From the NCBI GenBank assembly GCA_963804655.1, contig CAWDRE010000001.1, positions 311,747 to 375,746 of the forward strand: a stretch of 64,000 nt of DNA. The letters are read 5' to 3'. Below the pieces are notes generated by a model. The model was not told the origin of the DNA. It ran no database searches and worked only from the letters and a program-made list of their open reading frames with translations. Made by a program: the position numbers and the translations under genes. Within the stretch, counting starts at the first letter, position 1. Each line of letters opens with the position of its first letter. Positions 19,889-27,966 of this stretch are shown piece by piece. The DNA is from an uncultured Acidobacteriota bacterium (GTDB lineage: Bacteria; Acidobacteriota; Terriglobia; Acidiferrales; UBA7541).

Positions 19889-20776
19889 ATGCCAGGACGC
19901 ATTCGACTACTCGGCAGTTTCGCAACGGCGGCCTTCGCGCTGCTGGTGTTTTCGGCGATGCCTTTGCGCGCGCAGGATGCCGGCCCGCAGGCTCCGCCTC
20001 CCAAATTCGATGTGAAGCGAATTCCGGCCGAACCGCATCCCGGCCCTCCGCCCGTGCCGGAACAGGTCATCATTCAGAAATTTGTGGCGAATGAAGAGGT
20101 GATGAAGAAGGCTTTCGAAACCTACAATTTCACGCAATCCGTCCGTCTGGACGAACTGACCGACCCGGGCGGACAATTCAACGTGACGGGCGAAGTGTAC
20201 ACGCGGCCGGATGGCCAGCGATATCTGCGCGTCACGAAGCAGCCCGTTTCCACTTTAAAGCTGATGCATTTTTCGCTGGAGGACGTGCGGGTGATCTCCA
20301 GCATGCCGGAATTTCCTCTGACGCCCGACAAGATCGCCAACTACGATTTGAAATATGTGGGCCAGGAAAAACTGGACCAGCTGAACACCTATATTTTTCA
20401 GGTAAAACCGAAATTATTGAGCCGCAAGGAGCGGTATTTCCAGGGAGTGGTGTGGATTGACGACCAAGATTTCGCCATCGTCAAGAGCTATGGAAAATTC
20501 ATGAGTGAACTCGAAGGGAATGGCACGGAGTTGCCTTTCACGATGTTTGAGACTTACCGCGAGAATTTTCAGGGGAAATACTGGCTGCCGACGTACACGC
20601 GCTCGGACGATTATCTGAAGAGCGAGCAAAATGACGAACTGCCGCTCCGGCTGGTGATCCATTGCACGGATTTCAAATTGAACACTGACGCCAATGCCGG
20701 CGGACCGGAGGAAGGGCCCGCAACGCAGGGCTCGCAGGCTGTTGCGGCGGGCAAGACTTCTCCGTCGCCGCATTGA
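19889..20776 (+). CDS. secreted protein, outer-membrane lipoprotein-sorting (LolA-fold)-like
   Basis: Signal peptide MPGRIRLLGSFATAAFALLVFSAMPLRA and a beta-rich body (YIFQVKPK...YFQGVVWIDDQDFAIVKSYGKF...KYWLPTY). The family assignment is from memory of similar proteins. Confidence 0.6.
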   Translation: MPGRIRLLGSFATAAFALLVFSAMPLRAQDAGPQAPPPKFDVKRIPAEPHPGPPPVPEQVIIQKFVANEEVMKKAFETYNFTQSVRLDELTDPGGQFNVTGEVYTRPDGQRYLRVTKQPVSTLKLMHFSLEDVRVISSMPEFPLTPDKIANYDLKYVGQEKLDQLNTYIFQVKPKLLSRKERYFQGVVWIDDQDFAIVKSYGKFMSELEGNGTELPFTMFETYRENFQGKYWLPTYTRSDDYLKSEQNDELPLRLVIHCTDFKLNTDANAGGPEEGPATQGSQAVAAGKTSPSPH

Positions 20777-20778
20777 TA

Positions 20779-21428
20779 TCACTGCAAAATCTGGAGATGG
20801 CGCGGCAGCTCGCGGATGGAATCGAGCAGGATTTCCGGTTTGGCTGCGCGAATCCGCGCCGCCGTTGGAAATGGGCCAAGTACGCCGATGGCGCGCACAC
20901 CTGCACCGCGAGCCATTTCGATGTCCTCGGCCGTATCGCCAACGTACACAGAATCGCCCGGCGCTAGACGCAGGCGCTTGAGGGCCAGTTGCAAGGGCGC
21001 GGGATGCGGCTTCTTTTTTAGCGTGTCCTCGCTGCAGACGCACGCGGAGAAATAGTCGGCGAGCGAGAATTCGCGGAGTTGGCGGCGAACTCGCGCGCGA
21101 TTGCCGCTGGTTACGATACCTAGATCGAATTTCGGAGCGAGCAAACGCAGAATACGCCGGGCGCCGGCAACAGCGGCGGTTGTTCGAGTTTGTAGGCTCG
21201 CGCCCACAAGCGGTCCGCTTCCAGCCATTTTGAGCGCGGGAGCAGGGCCGCGCGATAAACGCGGTACCAGTTCGGGGAGTAATGCAGGGCGAGTTCGCGT
21301 TCGGTCCAGTTGATTTCCAGTGCGCGGAACATGGACAAGTAGGCTCGGGCGTCTGCGGCGTAGGAATTCAGCAGGGTGCCATCCCAGTCAAAGAGAACGG
21401 CCCTGGCAGCGAATCGGAGAGATTTCAC
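20779..21428 (-). pseudogene. HAD-superfamily phosphatase split by a 1-nt frame shift
   Basis: The N-terminal ORF (21120-21428) carries motif I, LFDWDGTLLNS. The C-terminal ORF (20779-21228) carries LGIVTSGNR, KKKPHP and VYVGDTAEDIEMARGAG. The frames join at ...LLPAPGV / (L)LRLLAPKFDLGIV, near 21148-21155. Confidence 0.7.
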
Positions 21429-21635
21429 AGCGAAGGAATCGTATCAGAAGGTGGCAATGCGGATAAACGGTTGGCGATTATCGAGTCTGACTGGTACTGC
21501 AGTTCGTGTACGACAAAAGATTTAACGCAGACAGCGCAGAGGAAGGCTTGCAGAATTCGCAGAGCGCACGTGGTCCTCTCCCGATCGTGCCTGCGAGAGT
21601 TTGGAAAGGGGCTTGGGTCTTATGCTACCACGGCA

Positions 21636-22133
21636 TTAATGACTACGGTATCGCAGCGGGACGATATCGTCGCGACGTAGCGCGAAGTCATCAAAGCTGG
21701 CGGCATAACCGCGCCAACCCGGCATTTCGACGTCCTCGGCGCGAACGATGTGCACGGCGGTACACATTTGCACGCTGCCCTGACCGAGGGGCCGCTCGAT
21801 GAGCGCAACTTCCAGCTCGATGGCGGTGCCCGGTTCGAAATTTCGCGGGGCAAGGAAATAGATGCCACTCGAGCTGATGTTGCGTGTGACCAGAGTGACT
21901 GGAATCGGCTCGGGCTGGTCGCCGACGCGAATCAGGCGCAGCGGCAGCGAAAGCGCGGCGCGCGGATTGCGGCGACGCTCTTGCGCGACTCCAATCGCAT
22001 GTGTGGGAACGCGAGCGAAACGACGTGGCCCCGGTTTCCCTGAGTGCGAGATGACGCTTACAGTGTGGCTATCGAATTCACGCAGCGGCGAAACGGCCGA
22101 CCGCTGCTCCTTCCAATCTGGAGCAGCCCCCAT
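21636..22133 (-). CDS. stand-alone PilZ domain protein
   Basis: ERRRNPRAALSLPLRL...TRNISSSGIYFLAP matches the RxxxR ... (D/N)xSxxG c-di-GMP-binding pattern. Confidence 0.7.
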   Translation of the reverse strand: MGAAPDWKEQRSAVSPLREFDSHTVSVISHSGKPGPRRFARVPTHAIGVAQERRRNPRAALSLPLRLIRVGDQPEPIPVTLVTRNISSSGIYFLAPRNFEPGTAIELEVALIERPLGQGSVQMCTAVHIVRAEDVEMPGWRGYAASFDDFALRRDDIVPLRYRSH

Positions 22134-22481
22134 GTACTGTCCCCCAAGAACAGCCTAAGACTCCCCCTGCTGGTGGACCGAATATGCGCGGAGTCTGGCT
22201 TGTCGTCAAGGGGGGTGACGCCATGGTGACGTAAGATGTAACACCCACCGGGGAGGCTAAGTACGTGCTTTCAAGGAGTTAGGGACGGCGCGACAGGTAC
22301 AGACCTAAAAGGTCAATATTTTTGTTGGGCTTCCAGTGTTCGTTTTGGTTTCGATCTGGAACTGGGGGCCCACAGCGCAAACTCATTCGCTTTTTTGACG
22401 GCGAAAGAGCATGTTTTTTTCCAGTCCACTTCGAGCGCAATAAACGGATAGCAGGTTCATCGAGGTTTCGCTATTTTAAGG

Positions 22482-23678
22482 ATGCCAGCGAGGCTCAACG
22501 AGATGATGCAGCTCATGGAACGAACTTCTAATTCGAAAATTACTATGAGGCCACAAGTACTCCCGCCAGAAGTCAGGTGGAAAGCGGTCCGCGAGCGCGA
22601 TCGCGGCGCGGACGGCAAATTTGTATACGCGGTGCGGTCCACCGGAATTTACTGCAGACCTTCCTGCCCTTCGCGGAAACCCCAGCGCGAACAGGTGGAG
22701 TTTTATTCTTTGCCTGAGGCGGCCGAGCAGAAAGGATTCCGGGCCTGCCGGCGATGTAAGCCGCGAACCGCGCGATTGCGCGATCCGCGCACAGCGGCGG
22801 TAGCGCGCGTTTGCCGCGCCATCGAGGAGCGAATTAGCGCAGATGGCGCAGGAACGGCGGACGCCAGTGACGACGAAGCGCGATTGACGCTGAGCGCGCT
22901 CAGCTCAACCGTGGGGCTGAGCGCTCATCAGCTGGAGCGCGCCTTTCGCAGCGTGATGGGAATTTCGCCGCGGCAGTATGCCGATGCACAACGGATGCGC
23001 CGCCTGAAATCGCAATTGAAAAAGGGGGACGATGTGACTACCGCACTCTATGACGCAGGATTCGGATCGAGCAGCCGGCTGTACGAACGCGCACCATCGC
23101 AACTGGGCATGACGCCGGCGACGTATCGCCGGGGCGGAGCGGGAATGCAAATCAACTATACGATTGTAAGTTCGCCTTTGGGCCGGTTGCTGGTAGGGGC
23201 CACGCAGCGCGGCATCAGCGCACTCTATTTGGGCGCCGAAGATGCGGCGCTGCAAGCGGCGCTACGAAAGGAATACCCGCGCGCGAAGATAGGCCGCGAT
23301 CGCAATGGCCTGGAGGCCTGGGTGGACCAAATACTGGAACATCTGCGCGGGCGCGAACCGAATCTCGATCTGCCGACCGACGTACAGGCCACTGCATTTC
23401 AACGCCGCGTGTGGGAAGAATTGCGCAAGATTCCGTACGGGACCACGCGAACCTACAGCCAGGTGGCGCGAGCGATCGGCAAGCCCAAAGCCATTCGAGC
23501 CGTGGCGCGCGCGTGCGCCACGAATCCTGTATCAGTTGTAGTTCCCTGCCACCGCGTGGTGCGTGAGGATGGAAACCTGGCCGGTTATCGCTGGGGACTC
23601 GAGCGGAAACTCGCGCTGCTGGAGCACGAGTCCGAACGCTTTGAGTCGGCTACGCCGGTTCCGACGAAGCGGAAGTAG
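22482..23678 (+). CDS. ada: bifunctional Ada: methylphosphotriester-DNA methyltransferase / AraC-type activator / O6-methylguanine-DNA methyltransferase
   Basis: N-terminal Zn-Cys4 region (YCRPSCPSR...FRACRRCKP), a central AraC HTH and a C-terminal MGMT active site VVVPCHRVV. Confidence 0.88.
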   Translation: MPARLNEMMQLMERTSNSKITMRPQVLPPEVRWKAVRERDRGADGKFVYAVRSTGIYCRPSCPSRKPQREQVEFYSLPEAAEQKGFRACRRCKPRTARLRDPRTAAVARVCRAIEERISADGAGTADASDDEARLTLSALSSTVGLSAHQLERAFRSVMGISPRQYADAQRMRRLKSQLKKGDDVTTALYDAGFGSSSRLYERAPSQLGMTPATYRRGGAGMQINYTIVSSPLGRLLVGATQRGISALYLGAEDAALQAALRKEYPRAKIGRDRNGLEAWVDQILEHLRGREPNLDLPTDVQATAFQRRVWEELRKIPYGTTRTYSQVARAIGKPKAIRAVARACATNPVSVVVPCHRVVREDGNLAGYRWGLERKLALLEHESERFESATPVPTKRK

Positions 23679-23715
23679 ATTTCGCGGCCTAGCTGGCCAT
23701 CGCTCGCGGCGGTCA

Positions 23716-24459
23716 TCAGCCCTGCGGTTTGACCTTCTCGGTGCCTTTGGGCCAATGGGGCTTGAAGTTCGCGTCGCCGAGGTCGGGATTGCGCACGACC
23801 TTGGAATAGCGAATGACGAAATAATCTCCTGAGCCGGTCTCGTTGAACTGCTGCTCGATCGGAAGCCACGTGGACTCGTCGAGCCAAATCTGGATTTTGG
23901 AAATCTGGTTACGGGCCTCCGGGGACTTAGGAGTCAATTCCAACTCCACGGTTTTCTTGTCGTCCAGCGTTGGTTCCGCAAGCACAGTCACGAGGTAGGC
24001 TTTCTCAAGATCTTTTCCCGAAGTGCCGAAGCCCAAGAGCAGATATTGGTCAACCAGCGAACGATGCTGCCCAAGATTGTATTCTTCCACGCGTTTCAGT
24101 CCCGGGGTGTAAACGTAAAGATTATCGCCGGTGCGCAAAATAGTGCGTGGATCGGGAGCTTTCATTTCCAGCAGCATCTTATCGCCGCGCACCTGGATGC
24201 TGCCGGTTTCGGTGGACTTGTCATTGACCACGACCGTAACCTTGGTGCGCTCGACATCCGCGGAAAGACTGCGGAAATTTTTGGCTTCGCGGTCAAGCTG
24301 GTGGAGAACGCCATCGAGCGTCAGCGAGCTATGACCCTGGCTGGCGGCGGACCAACCCGGAAGCCACAGGCCTAAAATCAGCGCGCAGACCGCACCTGCC
24401 GTTAGAAAATACTTTCTAATCAAGTCGTTGCCCCCATTGGACCGCTGCGTCCCATTCAT
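23716..24459 (-). CDS. LolA-like periplasmic lipoprotein-carrier family protein
   Basis: Signal/anchor LTAGAVCALILGLWLPGWSAA and an open beta-barrel-like body (FRSLSADVERTKVTVVVNDKSTETGSIQVRGDKMLLEM...NLYVYTPGLKRVEEY). Confidence 0.7.
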   Translation of the reverse strand: MNGTQRSNGGNDLIRKYFLTAGAVCALILGLWLPGWSAASQGHSSLTLDGVLHQLDREAKNFRSLSADVERTKVTVVVNDKSTETGSIQVRGDKMLLEMKAPDPRTILRTGDNLYVYTPGLKRVEEYNLGQHRSLVDQYLLLGFGTSGKDLEKAYLVTVLAEPTLDDKKTVELELTPKSPEARNQISKIQIWLDESTWLPIEQQFNETGSGDYFVIRYSKVVRNPDLGDANFKPHWPKGTEKVKPQG

Positions 24460-24552
24460 GCGCCGTTCATAATACTACAGTCTATTGGACGTGCTGGCGC
24501 GGGTGAGGGTTCCGGCCGCAACAAGGTCGGGGAGGAAATGTTACATAGCAGG

Positions 24553-24957
24553 TTACGGCTGAACGGTGACGTCGTAGGAGACGATGGAACCATCATCGCC
24601 ACGAACCGGCTCGATGCGGACGACCTGGAAAGACCGGTCCCGCAGGTCATCCACGGTGCGCGCGAGTATGTCGTGAGTTTCGCGCTCGAGTTCCGGACTG
24701 GCGCTGGAGGCGCGCTTTTCCGGAGGAAGCACCGCGGCGTCCAGCCGGTAGGTGCGCGTGTGACCGGCGAAATCCTGAGTGCGAAATTGCACTTGGGAGC
24801 TAGCGAAGGCGGAGACTTGCGGCTGATCGTGAAACCAGTGCGAGGGAGTGGCCAGGACGAACAGAACGATAACGATGACCATCACGTCGTACGGCCAACT
24901 GCCTCGTTCGTACGACCAAAAAACAATTCGGACGATGCCCTGCCATAAAGCGCGCAT
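24553..24957 (-). CDS. small single-pass membrane protein, unknown function
   Basis: Start at MRALWQGIVRIVFW (ATG 24957-24955), 1 nt after the ABC ATPase stop (24961-24959). One TM helix (YDVMVIVIVLFVLATP) plus a soluble domain of about 90 aa. Confidence 0.55.
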   Translation of the reverse strand: MRALWQGIVRIVFWSYERGSWPYDVMVIVIVLFVLATPSHWFHDQPQVSAFASSQVQFRTQDFAGHTRTYRLDAAVLPPEKRASSASPELERETHDILARTVDDLRDRSFQVVRIEPVRGDDGSIVSYDVTVQP

Positions 24958-24958
24958 A

Positions 24959-25705
24959 TCAGTGAACGGACGCGCCGTCCACGACCTCGCCGTCGCGCAT
25001 GTGCAGCACGCGATGTCCGTAGGCGGCGGCATCAGGGTTGTGAGTGATCATCACGATCGTCTGGCCCAGATCCCTGTTCAGGTCGCGGAGGAGGTTGAGG
25101 ACGGCCTCGGAGCTTTTGGTATCGAGATTGCCGGTGGGCTCGTCCGCCAGCACGATTTTGGGTTCGCTGACGATGGCGCGAGCCAGCGCAACGCGCTGCT
25201 GCTCTCCGCCCGAGAGTTCGGAAGGCTTATGCTTGAGCCGGCCGCTCAGACCCAGTAGATCAGCAACGACCTTGAAACGGTGAGGATCGAAGCCGTTACC
25301 GTGAATGTGCTGTGCGAGCGCGATGTTGTGGTAGGCGTCGAGTGTGGGCAGCAGATTGAATCTCTGAAAGACGAAGCCCACTTTGTGGCGGCGCAGCAGT
25401 GTGCGCGCCGCATCGCTCATGGTGGTGAGATCGTTTCCGTCGAGCAGCACGCGACCGCGCGTGGCCTGCGCGAGCCCCCCGATCACGTGCAGCATCGTGG
25501 ATTTGCCGCAGCCCGAAGGTCCCATAATGGATACAAACTCGCCCGCAAAAACTTCGATGCTGACGCCGCGCAGGGCCGGAACGTCCACTTTGCCCTGGCG
25601 ATATACCTTCCATAAATTTTCAGTCTTGAGTATGGGCTCCAACAGCCGCTCCCGTGCCAGCGTCAGCGATTCTGGGGACTGAATTATTCTAGTCGGGTTT
25701 AGCAT
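24959..25705 (-). CDS. ABC transporter ATP-binding protein (LolD/MacB type)
   Basis: Walker [10 protein letters not shown], signature [14 protein letters not shown] and Walker [13 protein letters not shown]. Confidence 0.92.
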   Translation of the reverse strand: MLNPTRIIQSPESLTLARERLLEPILKTENLWKVYRQGKVDVPALRGVSIEVFAGEFVSIMGPSGCGKSTMLHVIGGLAQATRGRVLLDGNDLTTMSDAARTLLRRHKVGFVFQRFNLLPTLDAYHNIALAQHIHGNGFDPHRFKVVADLLGLSGRLKHKPSELSGGEQQRVALARAIVSEPKIVLADEPTGNLDTKSSEAVLNLLRDLNRDLGQTIVMITHNPDAAAYGHRVLHMRDGEVVDGASVH

Positions 25706-25774
25706 TTCTGCCTAGCATGTTGCGCGGACGCAAATTCACGCGAAACCACACGTGATATTGGATTTGGCGGATAG

Positions 25775-26872
25775 TTACTCGTAGGCGAGCGCCTCGACGG
25801 GATCTTTGCGGCTGGCCATCCATGCGGGATAAGCGGCGCCCAGGATGCCGCCTACGATTGCAATCAGCCCTGCGCGCAGAATCCAATTGGCGGAAATCAG
25901 GATGGTGAGCGACGGAAAAATCTTGAGGAAAATAGAGCGCATGAGGAAGCTGAGCCCCACGCCGCCCACGACGCCCGCGAGGCAGAGCAGCACGGTCTCG
26001 CTAAGAACGATCTGCACGATGTAGCCCTTCGAGGCGCCCAGGGACTTAAGCACGCCGATCTCTCGGGTACGTTCGATGATAGTGGTGTACATCGAAAGAA
26101 AAATCACCAGAAAGCCGATGACCACCGCAATTCCGATCATGACGTTGATGAAGGCGCCCAGGCCCGGAAGATTTGAGGAAGTCATCAACGAAATGAAATC
26201 CTTGAGCGGACGAATTTCGTAGCGCGGAAGCAGTTGCTTGATTTCGTCCATGACGGCGGGAGTGTGATCCGTGCGATCGCACTTAATGAAAAAGACAGAA
26301 GCTTTATCGTGCGCGCCGGCCATCTCCTGCAAAGTAGAAAGGAACACAAATAATCGCGCGCCCTTGCCATGCTCGACGATGCCCACAACGTGAAAATCAT
26401 GGTCAAAAAGCCGCAGGGTCTGACCGAGCTTTACCTTTTTTGATTTGGCATAGACGTCGTCCACCAGAATGTCATTGGGGCCCTGGAGGTCATGTCCTTC
26501 GTGGAAAACGAAGCCGCCGGTAACGGCGCGGAAGCTTTCCAGGTCAATGCCATAAACAATTTCGAGGCCATTGGAATTGAATTGCAGCAGCACGGGGGCG
26601 ACGGCTTGCACGTAATCAAGCTGCGCGAGCTTATCTCCAATCGCGATGGGCATCGGCGCGCCGCTGAAGGCCATGAAGACCGAGGCTGATGGCGGTTGCA
26701 CCATGATGTCCGCGCCAACGCCTTCGATACGCTTGGCGGATTCCGAGAGAAGTCCGCTAGTGAGCCCGACGACGATGATTACCAGAGTCACCTCGACGGC
26801 GACGGCAATCACGGTGATCAGCGTGCGGAGCGGCCGGTGCAGCACGTTGTGTACGATCATGTAGCGAATCAT
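25775..26872 (-). CDS. ABC transporter permease, FtsX/MacB-periplasmic-domain family
   Basis: TM1, then a periplasmic domain of about 200 aa, then three C-terminal TM helices with the FtsX-type segment ERTREIGVLKSLGASKGYI. Confidence 0.9.
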   Translation of the reverse strand: MIRYMIVHNVLHRPLRTLITVIAVAVEVTLVIIVVGLTSGLLSESAKRIEGVGADIMVQPPSASVFMAFSGAPMPIAIGDKLAQLDYVQAVAPVLLQFNSNGLEIVYGIDLESFRAVTGGFVFHEGHDLQGPNDILVDDVYAKSKKVKLGQTLRLFDHDFHVVGIVEHGKGARLFVFLSTLQEMAGAHDKASVFFIKCDRTDHTPAVMDEIKQLLPRYEIRPLKDFISLMTSSNLPGLGAFINVMIGIAVVIGFLVIFLSMYTTIIERTREIGVLKSLGASKGYIVQIVLSETVLLCLAGVVGGVGLSFLMRSIFLKIFPSLTILISANWILRAGLIAIVGGILGAAYPAWMASRKDPVEALAYE

Positions 26873-26892
26873 ATTTTCAGCGCTTCAAGACG

Positions 26893-27852
26893 TCAGGGCT
26901 GCGGCTCCTTGGGAGTTTCGCCGGAATTATTCTCCGGTTCGTCGCCGACGCGCACCAACTCCGCACCGGGCGGTTGTTTCAACACGAATCCGTCAGAGGA
27001 AACCGGCTCATTCAGCGTCAATTTTTTGATGCCGATCTGCAATTGGTAGTCGTCGCCTGGACGGCTGACCGTAATTTGCCATGGATACGTCAGCGCGCCC
27101 GTCGCTTGCCAGTTTCCGTACGTAACGTCTGACGCGATGCTGCCGCCGGAACCGAAATTCTCGATTCGAGTGACGCGTAAGTCCGCGCGATCGAACCAGA
27201 TCCTTCGCGCAATCTCCCAATCGATCGAACCCGCATCCCCGCCGCCGCTCGCGGCCGCTCCACTCGGCATCGTGACGACCGTAAGCACGTAGTACCGAGC
27301 ATTCCCTTCGCTTTCCTCTTCCAGAAGGACTGGAGTGCGTTCCGGTATCGGCGGCCAGAAGAGCGCGTCAACCAGGTGTTGCGGCCTCAAATTCTCGATC
27401 GGTTTCACCGCGTGCCGCTCCAGGTTCGCCGGGCCGACGATAAATCTATTCTTCGACGGAATGTAAATGCTGAACGTCGCACCGTCGCTGACCATGTCGA
27501 AAATATTCTTGCCGATTACCGGGGCTTGGCCAATCACGCGAATGCTTGCCGGCCTTGCGGCCAGGATGAAGCCGTTCACTTCATGGTATTGCTCGATGAC
27601 GCCGGAATACGCGGAGCCGGCGGTCAGCTTCATGGTCACGCCCGCGTTCAACGACTGGATCGCGTGCGCCTCCCGATTGTACCTCTCGATAAGCTGCGCC
27701 TTGGTAGCCGTCTGGAGCGGCCCCGGAGTTTGCGACGGCTTAACCGCGCTCTTATGGCTGACGGCGCAGCCGCCAGCAAAAGACACCATGGTCGCGAGCG
27801 AAACCATCCAAGTGAGGCGCCAAACCGTGAGTTGAAGCCGCGTTATGAACAC
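26893..27852 (-). CDS. predicted lipoprotein (possibly LolB/LolA-fold-like)
   Basis: Signal peptide ending in the lipobox-like SFAGGC. Beta-rich body and a Pro/Glu-rich tail. The fold assignment is tentative. Confidence 0.6.
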   Translation of the reverse strand: MFITRLQLTVWRLTWMVSLATMVSFAGGCAVSHKSAVKPSQTPGPLQTATKAQLIERYNREAHAIQSLNAGVTMKLTAGSAYSGVIEQYHEVNGFILAARPASIRVIGQAPVIGKNIFDMVSDGATFSIYIPSKNRFIVGPANLERHAVKPIENLRPQHLVDALFWPPIPERTPVLLEEESEGNARYYVLTVVTMPSGAAASGGGDAGSIDWEIARRIWFDRADLRVTRIENFGSGGSIASDVTYGNWQATGALTYPWQITVSRPGDDYQLQIGIKKLTLNEPVSSDGFVLKQPPGAELVRVGDEPENNSGETPKEPQP

Positions 27853-27966
27853 AAAGTATGCAATCTAACAGCCGCTTTGAGGGGTGTCAACGAGCGACGG
27901 GCGATGGCGCAAACGCCGGCCTTCGTGGAATTCGGGTGAAAACTGGAGGGAACACGGAAGCGGAAG

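Noticed and set aside
22134-22481. Ada box in the ada promoter
   Set aside because: Only AGCGCAA strings are present. The AAT-N6-GCAA arrangement known from E. coli is absent, so I made no regulatory-site call.
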